From Patescibacteria group bacterium (GTDB lineage Bacteria > Omnitrophota > Gorgyraeia > Gygaellales > Profunditerraquicolaceae), in NCBI GenBank assembly GCA_035506195.1, contig DATJPV010000001.1, positions 1-60,557 of the forward strand: a DNA stretch of 60,557 nt. The letters are read 5' to 3'. The position numbers and the translations under genes were made by a program. This document shows, piece after piece, positions 1 through 8,955 of this stretch (positions are counted from its first letter, which is position 1; every line of letters begins with the position of its first letter). The notes below the pieces were generated by a model that ran no database searches, was not told the origin of the DNA, and worked only from the letters and a program-made list of their open reading frames with translations.

Positions 1-360
1 GACTACCATATCCGGCTTGTACGTTGCCAGGTTCTCTTCCAGCCGCCGCAGGATGGCCGGGGTGTCGGTAGCGATGACGCCCCTGTCGATGACGCTGAAG
101 GTTACCCCGGTGTGGCGCTTATTGAGGGCCTCTTGGAGAAAAGACGGATACTGGCCTGCGGTGGTAGACTCCCCCAGGCACATGATGCGGTAGGTCTTTT
201 TTCTCGCAGCCGCGCGGCTGTTCTGGCAGTTCTGAAAAGAAACAAACAGGAAACCTGCTACACGCAAGCCCGTTTCCAGCACCAGCAGAGAAGAGATTAT
301 TCCCAAGGCTAGAGCGTATATCCGTGCTGCGCGAATTGTCTTGTGCGGTAGAGCCGGCAT
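1..360 (-). CDS. SGNH/GDSL-type hydrolase, first 120 codons only (3' part lies beyond the window edge); paralog of 3619..5124
   Basis: Absent from the ORF track because no stop lies inside the window. The reverse-strand ATG at 358-360 opens a frame that stays uninterrupted to position 1. It reads MPALPHKTIRAARIYALALGIISSLLVLETGLRVAGFLFVSFQNCQNSRAAARKKTYRIMCLGESTTAGQYPSFLQEALNKRHTGVTFSVIDRGVIATDTPAILRRLEENLATYKPDMVV. This aligns colinearly with the N-terminus of the 3619..5124 product (RILCLGESTTRNQYPAFLAEALNKRSRGLTFTVIDQG...YRPDMVV). Confidence 0.7.
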   Translation of the reverse strand, partial: MPALPHKTIRAARIYALALGIISSLLVLETGLRVAGFLFVSFQNCQNSRAAARKKTYRIMCLGESTTAGQYPSFLQEALNKRHTGVTFSVIDRGVIATDTPAILRRLEENLATYKPDMVV

Positions 361-383
361 AGGTGCCCTTAGAAAACAAAGGT

Positions 384-2063
384 CTATTTCTTCAAAACAA
401 AATTGCCCATTACGAGGACATCCATCTTTGATTGCAAGAAATCGTCTAACGCATGAACGGGAGAACACACCATAGGCTCGCCGCGGAGATTAAAAGAAGT
501 ATTGATGACCATGGGGATACCGCTTATTTCTTCAAAGGCCTTAAGCAGGCTCCAGAATTTTGGATTTGTTGTTTTATTCACAACCTGAACTCTAGCGGTA
601 CCATCTATGTGGGTCACTGCCGGTATCTTGCTCTTCTTTGCTTCGCGCACCTTAACGGCTAAGAGCATAAAAGGCGAAAATTGCTTAGCCTCAAAATAAT
701 CCGTCGCTTTTTCTTCCAATACTGCCGGCGCATACGGCCGAAAGGGCTCCCTGTTCTTGACTTTAGCGTTTAGTATGTCTTTCATGCCCGGATTGCAGGG
801 GTTGGCCAGGATCGAACGGTTACCCAGTGCCCGCGGCCCAAACTCCATTCGGCCCTGGAACCATCCTACGATTTTATTCTGAAATATCTCCTCGGCGGCA
901 CGACGCACCAAATTGTCGCCGGTCAACTCTTCAAAGCCAAGGTGCCGATGCATAAGAATCTTCCTGATATGGCTGTCCGAAAATTCCGGGCCCAGATACG
1001 CATCGGCCATTTCATAGTTCCTGGTATTACCCAGGAGGGTGTGGTAAATATAGGAAGCTACGCCCAAAGCGCCGCCCCCGTCACCGGCTGCCGGCTGTAT
1101 AAAGACCTGACGGAAAGGGGTTTCCTCCAGGAGCCGGCCATTGGCGACGCAATTTAAAAATACCCCTCCCCCGAGACACAGTTTTGTGGTACCGAACTGT
1201 TCATAGACCTTTCTTGCCGCGTTAATCAGGCAGTCCTCAAGCAGCTTCTGGAGGCTGGCAGCGATATCGCAATGCCTTTGCTGAATCTCTTCTCCGTTTT
1301 TCCTTTCTTCTCCGAAGAGCTTGATGAACTTCTTGCGGTACATCCTGGAGCCCTCGTTAAACCCCAGGAAGCGCTGGTCGAGCCGGAAACTGCCGTCTGG
1401 GTATAGAGTGACTATTTTCTTGAAATGATCCATGAAGCTCGGCTTACCGTAACCTGCCAATCCCATCACTTTGCCTTCGCCTTCAAGGGCTTCAAAACCA
1501 AGATAGGTAGTAACCGCGGTATAAAGCAAACCCAGGGAGTTCGGATAGCGTATCTCTTTTGCAATCTTGATGTCGTTGCCCCTGCCGACCCCGTAGCTTG
1601 TGGTAGCCCATTCCCCTACGCCGTCTGCGATAAGGATCGCCGCTTCTTCGAAAGGCGAAACCAAAAATGCGCTTGCCGCGTGGGAGAGGTGGTGCGGGAT
1701 GAAAAGAGCCTGCCCACGATAGCCGATCTCCCTCTCGAACAACAGGGGCATCGCTAATCTATCTTGTAACCAAAAGGGAAGCGTATCCAGAAAATTCTTG
1801 AATGAAAAGGGGTATGCCCGCAGGTGGTTTACGATAACCCGGTGAAATTTCAAAAAAGGCTTCTCGTAGAAACCTACATAATCGATATCGTAGGCGGTTA
1901 GGTTGGCGGCTTGGAGGCAAAAATTTATGGACTGGATAGGAAAGCGGGGGGAATTCTTTTGGCGGTTAAACCTCTCTTCGGAAGCAGCAGCAATGACCCG
2001 TCCGTTACTTACCAGACAGGCTGCCGAATCATGATAGAAACAGGAAATGCCTAATACGTTCAC
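384..2063 (-). CDS. Carbamoyltransferase (NodU/CmcH/TobZ family)
   Basis: The 559-aa product starts VLGISCFYHDSAACLV and contains HHLSHAASAF, typical of the carbamoyltransferase N-terminal Kae1/ASKHA-like domain. A C-terminal YrdC-like part (GPRALGNRSILANP, INTSFN) is present. The start codon is GTG at 2061-2063. Confidence 0.9.
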   Translation of the reverse strand: MNVLGISCFYHDSAACLVSNGRVIAAASEERFNRQKNSPRFPIQSINFCLQAANLTAYDIDYVGFYEKPFLKFHRVIVNHLRAYPFSFKNFLDTLPFWLQDRLAMPLLFEREIGYRGQALFIPHHLSHAASAFLVSPFEEAAILIADGVGEWATTSYGVGRGNDIKIAKEIRYPNSLGLLYTAVTTYLGFEALEGEGKVMGLAGYGKPSFMDHFKKIVTLYPDGSFRLDQRFLGFNEGSRMYRKKFIKLFGEERKNGEEIQQRHCDIAASLQKLLEDCLINAARKVYEQFGTTKLCLGGGVFLNCVANGRLLEETPFRQVFIQPAAGDGGGALGVASYIYHTLLGNTRNYEMADAYLGPEFSDSHIRKILMHRHLGFEELTGDNLVRRAAEEIFQNKIVGWFQGRMEFGPRALGNRSILANPCNPGMKDILNAKVKNREPFRPYAPAVLEEKATDYFEAKQFSPFMLLAVKVREAKKSKIPAVTHIDGTARVQVVNKTTNPKFWSLLKAFEEISGIPMVINTSFNLRGEPMVCSPVHALDDFLQSKMDVLVMGNFVLKK

Positions 2064-2100
2064 CTTTTATCTTCGCAGAGCAAAAGAGAGCCTTGCCGTA

Positions 2101-2262
2101 TTAAATTCCCGCATAGATGAAGGAGATAATGACGCTGGGGCCGATATAAAAGCATAACAATGCCAGGATAAGAAAAAGCAGGAATATGGGCGCTAAAAAA
2201 TATAACTTATGCTTCTTTATCATATGAAGCATCTCTTTGAAAATATACCATATCTTTTTCAT
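2101..2262 (-). CDS. DUF5989/SxtK-like small membrane protein (53 aa)
   Basis: Below the ORF-track size cutoff; translated by hand as MKKIWYIFKEMLHMIKKHKLYFLAPIFLLFLILALLCFYIGPSVIISFIYAGI. It shows the family pattern: basic KK-x-K-LYFLAPI, one TM helix, and a C-terminal (P/S)FIY-x-x-(F/I). A G-rich SD (AAGGGGGGG) sits just upstream, and the ORF lies directly upstream of the carbamoyltransferase, as in sxtI-J-K-type neighbourhoods. Confidence 0.6.
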   Translation of the reverse strand: MKKIWYIFKEMLHMIKKHKLYFLAPIFLLFLILALLCFYIGPSVIISFIYAGI

Positions 2263-2288
2263 GTGCCCCCCCTTGCCTCCGGTATCGG

Positions 2289-2510
2289 CTAAGATTGCAT
2301 CTTGCTGCTCAACAGGTCCTTTTCATAGCCGGTTGCGTCAACCCATGTCGAACCGCGTAGATCTTGTCTGTCCCTCAAAAGATCGCGTTTGCACACAAAC
2401 GCAATGACTACGGTCAAGCCGAAAACTACATAGTAGACGACACAGAGCAATACGCTTATAAGCACTTTCTGTGTTATATATACTACTTTCTGGGTTATTC
2501 TTTTAAACAT
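2289..2510 (-). CDS. Small membrane protein resembling the C-terminal half of SxtJ-family proteins
   Basis: 73 aa with one long hydrophobic segment (VLISVLLCVVYYVVFGLTVVIAFV) followed by KRDLLRDRQDLRGSTW. This matches my recollection of the SxtJ tail (TM helix, then G-K-D-P-L-x-R-K-x-D...S-Y-W). Its position between the amidotransferase and the DUF5989 ORF fits. Confidence 0.45.
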   Translation of the reverse strand: MFKRITQKVVYITQKVLISVLLCVVYYVVFGLTVVIAFVCKRDLLRDRQDLRGSTWVDATGYEKDLLSSKMQS

Positions 2511-2527
2511 GACGCAAGGGCTGATCG

Positions 2528-3535
2528 CTATTCAAACGCATAACCGAGTTTCTGCGCAATAGTATTCAAGAATTCCTTATCAAAATTAATTTCCAGGTTT
2601 TTCATCGCCTCTTCCCTGGTCAGGAGCCCTTCTCGTATAAGCTTGCTCATTTCTATATGGTAATGCGTATAACCGAAATACCGCATGGAATTATGCACGG
2701 AAAGGAAATTCAGATAACAATTAGTGGTGTGCGCCGGGTAGCTGGCCTTCGGGAATTTCCATTTAAGCTCTTTCTGTATCAACCCTACATACGAATCGGC
2801 ATCAAAAGGCAAAAACCAGTGGGGAGACAACACCACGCACCTCTGCCTTCTTTTCGCCCTGACCAAGACCTCCTCCATCGTCTCCGGAAAATCCTTATAG
2901 AGAGGGTCTTTCTTTACGTGTTCGTTCAAAAATTCCTTTGTGGCCTTGGCCATGGCTACAAATTCCGACTCATGTATATTGCATGCGCATCGAGACATAA
3001 GCGGCTGCTTTTTGGATTGCCCCTTGGTCCATCCTGCAATGATGATCGGGATGTTAAACTTGGCTGCTGTTTTGAAGGTAAGGTCCATATACCAGAGCGA
3101 ACAGAGGTGGCATATAACTGCCTTCGAGCCGGTCTTGAGTATTTTGGAAAACATACCCTTCATCGCATCTGTTTTGAAATACAGGAAATCCACCCCTAAT
3201 ACCTCTACCGCATTTCTCACGTTTTCCATGGCATCCTCGGCTTCAAAGCCATGGTCGAACGTAAACGCAAGGGGATTAAGCTTATATCTTTTCTTCATAT
3301 AATACAGCGCAGCCGTACTGTCTTTACCTCCGCTGCACATAACCAGGCAGTCGTATTCTCCGTGGCTTTTGTACAGATTGAGCATTTTGATGAACTCCGT
3401 TTCAAGGTTTGCCCCCTCCCCCTCCGTACGGTCACCCCTGGTCTTCTCGTATTCCAGACAGACATTACAAATCCCGTTTTCGTTTAGCCAGATATCCGGT
3501 TTGCTTTCCGGCAATACGCATTTTTTACAGATCAT
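2528..3535 (-). CDS. N-acetyl sugar amidotransferase (PP-loop ATPase, WbpG/WbuX-like)
   Basis: N-terminal zinc-ribbon-like MICKKCVLPESKPDIWLNENGICNVCLEYEK plus the PP-loop SGGKDS (CLVMCSGGKDSTAALYY). Length is 335 aa. Confidence 0.8.
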   Translation of the reverse strand: MICKKCVLPESKPDIWLNENGICNVCLEYEKTRGDRTEGEGANLETEFIKMLNLYKSHGEYDCLVMCSGGKDSTAALYYMKKRYKLNPLAFTFDHGFEAEDAMENVRNAVEVLGVDFLYFKTDAMKGMFSKILKTGSKAVICHLCSLWYMDLTFKTAAKFNIPIIIAGWTKGQSKKQPLMSRCACNIHESEFVAMAKATKEFLNEHVKKDPLYKDFPETMEEVLVRAKRRQRCVVLSPHWFLPFDADSYVGLIQKELKWKFPKASYPAHTTNCYLNFLSVHNSMRYFGYTHYHIEMSKLIREGLLTREEAMKNLEINFDKEFLNTIAQKLGYAFE

Positions 3536-3574
3536 TTTCCCGGTCCTCTACCTGATTGTTCTTCTGCTTTTTTT

Positions 3575-3603
3575 GTTATACCATCTTTACGTCGATATTT
3601 CAA
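3575..3603 (-). promoter_or_regulatory. Candidate sigma70-type promoter for the amidotransferase/carbamoyltransferase sub-operon
   Basis: The minus strand reads TTGAAA-N17-TATAAC in the 83-nt gap between 3619..5124 and 2528..3535. Confidence 0.3.
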
Positions 3604-3618
3604 GCCATTCGGCTAGGC

Positions 3619-5124
3619 CTATTTTCCGAATGCTTCGCGCATAATCGTGTCGGCGATATTTTCGGCCAAGAGCCGATTGCCCTTCTCGGTACAGTGGCCA
3701 AAGTCTCCGCCGAACATGTCAATAAAGTAATTCTTGTAGCCGTCCTGTTTCACGGCCTCCTTAAAGATATGCTCATTATCTACAAAAATGAGGCCTTGCG
3801 TATCGCCGGAGAAGATTTTCTTGAGCGGGTCCAATCCGCGTATGGGGTACTGTACGCACACCAGCCTTATGCCCCGCGCGGACAAGGCCGCTTTTAATCT
3901 GCGGTAATTGCGAATGGTATCCGGATTGTACGTTTTCTCTCTCAGCGCGTTTGCCTGGCGATAACATTCCTCTGCCATGGCCCTGTCTCCCGCCTCTTCA
4001 TAAATCACTGCCAATTTGCCGTAAGGGATATCGTTCTCCCGGCTTAAGGCGATGGCCTTCTTTAACAGGGCCTCTGCCTCGGGGAGCCTCTCCCACCTCC
4101 TGTAGACTCCTGCCAGCAGTATATAACACGGCGGGTCGTTCGGGTTAAGCTTAATGCATTCTGCAAGTACGTCTTGAGCCCGGGAAAGGTTTCCCTGCTC
4201 TCCGCAGACCCCCGCCAGGTCCGCGTAGGAGACGGAGTCATGCGGATCAAGCTCGACGGCCTTCGCAAAGGCCTGTTCTGCCTGAGAAAATGCGCGCTGT
4301 CTTCTATGCGTGGCTCCGAGTTCTCTGTAGCATGCCGTATCCCGGGGCTCAAGCGCAATGCCCTTTTTAAGGACCTCTTCTGCCTGGGGGAATTTTTTCT
4401 GCTCCCTGTATACCCCCCCTAACCCGGCATAACAGGCGGCACCTCGAGGGTTGCTTGCGATGCAGGCGGCAAACACATTCTCTGCCTGCAGGAATTTGCC
4501 TTCTGCTGCATACGCCTTACCCAGCTTATCATAGCAGCTGGTATCACAAGGGTTGCGCGCAATGCATCTTTTGAGCTCACCCTCCTGCGACAAAGATCCT
4601 TCTGGGGTATCAGGGTGCCTAAATGCGGTGATGAGGCGTAACCGCAAAAGGCTGATAAGTTTATATGTCTTCAATGATCTTAAAAAAGAGAGGGCGGCCG
4701 GAGAAGGGATTGACGCCGCGTAAGGCATGTGTTTTCCTCGGTCGTTTACGCCCATCATCGCTACGACCATGTCAGGCCGATAGATATCCAGGTTTTGCTC
4801 CAGGCGGCTGAGTATGCTGGCCGTAGTAGCCCCTGCCAGGCCTTGATCGATGACGGTAAAGGTAAGGCCTCTGCTGCGTTTATTCAGGGCTTCCGCAAGG
4901 AAAGCCGGGTATTGGTTGCGCGTCGTGGACTCCCCCAGGCAAAGGATGCGAAAGGCGCCCTTCTTCTGAAGGGCGAGCCTGTTGCGGTGTTCTTGCAGTG
5001 ACACCAATACAAACCCGCTTACGCGTAAGGCTATTTCAAGCACGATAAGGCACAGACACAGGCCGCATATGACCAAGGTCAGTTTTCCCGAAAAACGGGT
5101 ACGCGGTGGCAACGCCTTTTTCAC
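3619..5124 (-). CDS. Membrane-anchored SGNH hydrolase with six TPR repeats inserted between catalytic blocks III and V
   Basis: N-terminal TM helix. Block I is ILCLGESTT, block III is AMMGVNDR, and block V is GGDFGHCTEKGNRLLAENIA at the C-terminus. Six 34-aa TPRs lie between blocks III and V (CYDKLGKAYAAEGKF..., CYAGLGGVYREQKKF..., and so on). The GTG start overlaps the upstream stop (GTGA). Confidence 0.75.
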   Translation of the reverse strand: MKKALPPRTRFSGKLTLVICGLCLCLIVLEIALRVSGFVLVSLQEHRNRLALQKKGAFRILCLGESTTRNQYPAFLAEALNKRSRGLTFTVIDQGLAGATTASILSRLEQNLDIYRPDMVVAMMGVNDRGKHMPYAASIPSPAALSFLRSLKTYKLISLLRLRLITAFRHPDTPEGSLSQEGELKRCIARNPCDTSCYDKLGKAYAAEGKFLQAENVFAACIASNPRGAACYAGLGGVYREQKKFPQAEEVLKKGIALEPRDTACYRELGATHRRQRAFSQAEQAFAKAVELDPHDSVSYADLAGVCGEQGNLSRAQDVLAECIKLNPNDPPCYILLAGVYRRWERLPEAEALLKKAIALSRENDIPYGKLAVIYEEAGDRAMAEECYRQANALREKTYNPDTIRNYRRLKAALSARGIRLVCVQYPIRGLDPLKKIFSGDTQGLIFVDNEHIFKEAVKQDGYKNYFIDMFGGDFGHCTEKGNRLLAENIADTIMREAFGK

Positions 5125-7118
5125 TGTTGTGCCTGCTTTCTATGGGAATCAAGCAGCTTCAGGAATACCGGATCGACGCCGTATCCTAATGCGCTTACTT
5201 TATCGCAATGTGCTATAGCCAAATCGAACTTTTTTTGCTGAAAATAAAATACTGCCAAATTAAAATGCGCCGTGGCGAATCCCGGGTCGACCGTCAGTAT
5301 GCGATTCCATAATTCCAGTGCCTTATCGATATCTCCGCTGTCGGCATAGGTAGACGCCATATTATTGTATGCCTCCAGGTACCCCGGGTTAATCTCGATT
5401 GCTTTCCGGTACGCCTGTATCGCTGCCTGGTAATCTTTAGCTTTATCATACGCATTTCCCAGGGAAAAATAGTGCGCCGCAGAAGCCGGATTGAACATCG
5501 CTGCCTTCTTATAAGAATCGACCGCCTCCCTGTATAACCCCTTGCCTTCAAACGCAAGGCCAAGGTCATTATATGCCACATCCAGGCCGGGGAGGCCGCC
5601 GTACAAGACAACTGCCCTCTCAAGCTCTCCCTGCGCTTCCTGCAACATTCCCTTCGCGCAATAGCCTGCGCCCAAATTCTTATGATACAGCGCGGTATCT
5701 GGTTCCAAGCGCACCGCAATGCGATACTCTTCTATCGCCTTATCCAAAGCTCCGTCTTTAAGAAAAGATGTCCCCATGCTCGCATGCGCCCTTGCGCTGC
5801 GGGGGTATCGTTTTACCATTTCTGACGACACCGTAACATTATTCGCCCATGTATCGTTGCCGCGTATGGTCAATAGGGCACAGGAGGCCAGAAACAGCGC
5901 GGCGGCAAAGATTGCGGCGCGGCGTTGCCAACCGTAGCGGGCCGCATGGCTGAGGCGGCCAGTCCAGGCGGCCAGTAACCCCGCAACCGCAAGACAAAAA
6001 CCGACGCTGGGCAGGTATAGATAGCGGCTGGCCATGAAATTTACGATTGGCCATATATTAGATACCGGTAATAAAGTTACAAAGAAGTACATAATGGAGA
6101 ACGCCACCAGGCCCGATATGTTTCGTAAGCGTACCGCCGTGGTCAAAAGGACGATGATCAACACAAAAGAAGCCATGACTGCGGGGGCGAGGAATGAGTG
6201 TGCGATGGAAAGATGAAGCTCGCGCACTACGATCGGTATGCCGATCGGAAAGAATAGCCAGCGGATATAATCGAGAAAGGCCTGCGACATGGTAATCGCG
6301 TTCGTATAAAAACTGCCTCCCGGATATCCCACGTGCGGTTCGCTGGTGTTTCTCATAAGTATGAATCTGACCCACAGGTAAAACAGGAGCACGGCGATAT
6401 GCCATGCATAACGCCTTAGCCGGCCGGCCAGGGGTTTCTTTTTCTCGGCGTAAGGGCCCCAGAAACGATCATACAAGACCAACACAAAAGGCAGCGTGAC
6501 GGAGATCTCCTTGGAAAACAGGGCTAATAGAAATGCCGCCAGCGATACCGCCTGGGCATATAGTTTTTTTCTGGCCGCATACCGATCGCTTATAATAAAA
6601 AAACCAAAGGCAGTCGCGAAGAAAAAGAACGCTAGCAGATCTTCTCTGAAAGATATTACGTTGACGGCTTCGCTATGGACGGGATGAACCGCAAACAGCA
6701 AAGAAGCCAACAGCGCAATCCCCCTGTCTTTTACCAGCAGTTGCGCAAGCCAGAAAAGCAAGAGCGCATTGGCTATATGCAATGCGATATTGGTAAGGTG
6801 GTACCCGAAAGGGTCGAGCTTCCAGACGGCGTAATCGACAAAATAAGAGGCGGTGACAACGGGTCGGTAGGTCATCTCTCCCGAGCCTCTTGCAAGATCA
6901 GGGGTATATAGGTGCTGCAGGCGCACATAAGGCGTCAGATAATCCCTGGTGAACAGAAGCGGTATATGCGCCCAGGATTTGACGAAATTGTTTTCAACGA
7001 TCACGGAGGCATCGTCCCAGACGAAGGAATGCTTCAGCGTATTTGCATAGACAACTGCGGTAAGAAAAATGACCAGCATGACTGACGACCTAACGCTGAT
7101 AGCATTACGCATACGCAA
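5121..7118 (-). CDS. TMTC-like GT-C membrane glycosyltransferase (DUF1736/PMT_2-like) with C-terminal TPR array
   Basis: N-terminal TM helix followed by SFVWDDASVIVENNFV, then about 10 TM segments including GYHLTNIALHIANALLLF, then about six C-terminal TPRs. It is a paralog of 7174..8955. The first codon is TTG; an ATG lies 2 codons downstream. Confidence 0.8.
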   Translation of the reverse strand: MRMRNAISVRSSVMLVIFLTAVVYANTLKHSFVWDDASVIVENNFVKSWAHIPLLFTRDYLTPYVRLQHLYTPDLARGSGEMTYRPVVTASYFVDYAVWKLDPFGYHLTNIALHIANALLLFWLAQLLVKDRGIALLASLLFAVHPVHSEAVNVISFREDLLAFFFFATAFGFFIISDRYAARKKLYAQAVSLAAFLLALFSKEISVTLPFVLVLYDRFWGPYAEKKKPLAGRLRRYAWHIAVLLFYLWVRFILMRNTSEPHVGYPGGSFYTNAITMSQAFLDYIRWLFFPIGIPIVVRELHLSIAHSFLAPAVMASFVLIIVLLTTAVRLRNISGLVAFSIMYFFVTLLPVSNIWPIVNFMASRYLYLPSVGFCLAVAGLLAAWTGRLSHAARYGWQRRAAIFAAALFLASCALLTIRGNDTWANNVTVSSEMVKRYPRSARAHASMGTSFLKDGALDKAIEEYRIAVRLEPDTALYHKNLGAGYCAKGMLQEAQGELERAVVLYGGLPGLDVAYNDLGLAFEGKGLYREAVDSYKKAAMFNPASAAHYFSLGNAYDKAKDYQAAIQAYRKAIEINPGYLEAYNNMASTYADSGDIDKALELWNRILTVDPGFATAHFNLAVFYFQQKKFDLAIAHCDKVSALGYGVDPVFLKLLDSHRKQAQQ

Positions 7119-7173
7119 AGCCCGGGTCTTTCTTCTGTTATGCTAGAGAATCGGGGACAGGCAGGCGATACGT

Positions 7174-8955
7174 CTAGTATCCCAACTGAGAAAGCTTCCG
7201 TAAGTTAGCCGCGGCTCTCTTATTACCCGGGGCCAACGTTAATATCTTCTCCCACAACCTTCGTGCCTGGTCATATTTTTTCATGCGCGCATACGTAACC
7301 GCCAAACCATTGTATGCCCGGATGCATCGTCCATCAAGCTGGATAGCTTTCTCGAAGCACGCCACCGCCTGCTGATAAAACCTCTGATCGCCAAGCGCGC
7401 CGCCGAGGTTGGCGTACGCTGTCGCATACCCAGGATCCAATTGTAATGCCTTAGTGAATTCCTGGGCAGCTTCTTTAAGCATTCCTTTTTCATAGAAGCA
7501 GACGCCCAGCTCGTTGTAATCTTTGGCGTAGCCGGGGTCAAGGCTTAAGGCAACCGTGTATTCCCGTATCGCCTCATCCGCTATCCCGGCTTTCCTGAGC
7601 GCCTCCCCCAGGCCGCTATGCGCCGAGGCGCTGCGCGGATACTGTTCAGCCATATTCGACCAAAAGATCATATTGTTTGCCCATCCGATATTCTGGATAA
7701 AAGTAAATTGGGCGTACCCGAGCAAAATAAAGACCATGGCATATCGGGATATTTTTCTTAAGGCATCCTGCGAAACCCGGCGCAAGCGCATATCCGGCAG
7801 CTCGATCAGGCAGGCCGCCAGGAACACGCAGAAACCGGCCCCGGGCAGATAAAGATAGCGGGCAGCTATATAGTTGGCCAGGGGAAACACCATATTGCTC
7901 ACCGGGATAAGCGTGACCGCAAACCAGCAGGCCCCAAAGACACACAGGGGAAAGCGTTTGCGCATCTTTATCGCAGCCGCGCACAAGACCGCCACCGCCA
8001 TCAGAGAAGCCAATGCGCCCGGTGAAAATAAAGAACGGCAGACAAATGCAGGGTCATCCGGTAACGTAGGATGGATATTAAGCGGAATCAGGAGCCATTG
8101 CAGATAGGTCACGAACACCTTGGACATGGTCAGCATGCGCGTGTAAAAACTGGACATGGGGGGCCAGACGGCCGGCCGGGAGACGTCCCCGATCAGAAAA
8201 AACTTTACTGCGGCATAACAGGCCAGGGAAACGAGGTATCCGGCATAGCAGGCCCGGACCCGGGAAAGGGCGCTTTTTAGCCTTTGCCGGGAGATGAAAA
8301 AATAGTCGAACACGAACAATACCAGAGGCAACGTAATGGCCATTTCCTTGGAAAATAGGGCCAGCAAGAACGAAGCGTTGGACACAAGATACAGGAACAT
8401 TTTCTTTCTGGGCGGCTGGTTCTGGGCGTGGATGAAAAGTATAGACGCTCCCACAAAGAAAAAGAAAGCAAGCAGGTCCTCGCGGAAAGAGACCACATCG
8501 ACCGCCTCCGTATTAACGGGGTGCAGCGCGAAGAATAAGGACGCCAACAGCGCAATGGAAGGATTACGCGTAACCAATCTAAGCAGCATATACAACAGCA
8601 GCGCATTGGCCAGATGCAACGCCAGGCTACTCAGGTGATACCCGAAAGGATTCAGTTTCCAAAGCGCATAATCCACAAAGTAAGAAGCCGTCACTACCGG
8701 CCGGTACGTTAACTCCCCCGAGCCTATATCCCGTTCTCCCAGATAATCAAGATCGGAAATCTTGGTCAGATAGGCCCGGTGAAAAAGCATGGGGACATTG
8801 CGCCAGGCTTTCACGAAGGCGTTTTCAACGATAACGCTATAGTCATCCCACACAAAGCCGTTTTTGAGGGAATTTGCGTATGCCAGGATGGTAAGCAGGA
8901 GTATCAGTACCACGGCCACCAGGCCGGGGCGCTGCGGCAGGAACCCGTTACGCAT
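7174..8955 (-). CDS. TMTC-like GT-C membrane glycosyltransferase with C-terminal TPR array
   Basis: Contains GFVWDDYSVIVENAFV and GYHLSSLALHLANALLLY, a polytopic core and about four C-terminal TPRs. It overlaps the upstream GT9 gene by 8 nt. Confidence 0.8.
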   Translation of the reverse strand: MRNGFLPQRPGLVAVVLILLLTILAYANSLKNGFVWDDYSVIVENAFVKAWRNVPMLFHRAYLTKISDLDYLGERDIGSGELTYRPVVTASYFVDYALWKLNPFGYHLSSLALHLANALLLYMLLRLVTRNPSIALLASLFFALHPVNTEAVDVVSFREDLLAFFFFVGASILFIHAQNQPPRKKMFLYLVSNASFLLALFSKEMAITLPLVLFVFDYFFISRQRLKSALSRVRACYAGYLVSLACYAAVKFFLIGDVSRPAVWPPMSSFYTRMLTMSKVFVTYLQWLLIPLNIHPTLPDDPAFVCRSLFSPGALASLMAVAVLCAAAIKMRKRFPLCVFGACWFAVTLIPVSNMVFPLANYIAARYLYLPGAGFCVFLAACLIELPDMRLRRVSQDALRKISRYAMVFILLGYAQFTFIQNIGWANNMIFWSNMAEQYPRSASAHSGLGEALRKAGIADEAIREYTVALSLDPGYAKDYNELGVCFYEKGMLKEAAQEFTKALQLDPGYATAYANLGGALGDQRFYQQAVACFEKAIQLDGRCIRAYNGLAVTYARMKKYDQARRLWEKILTLAPGNKRAAANLRKLSQLGY

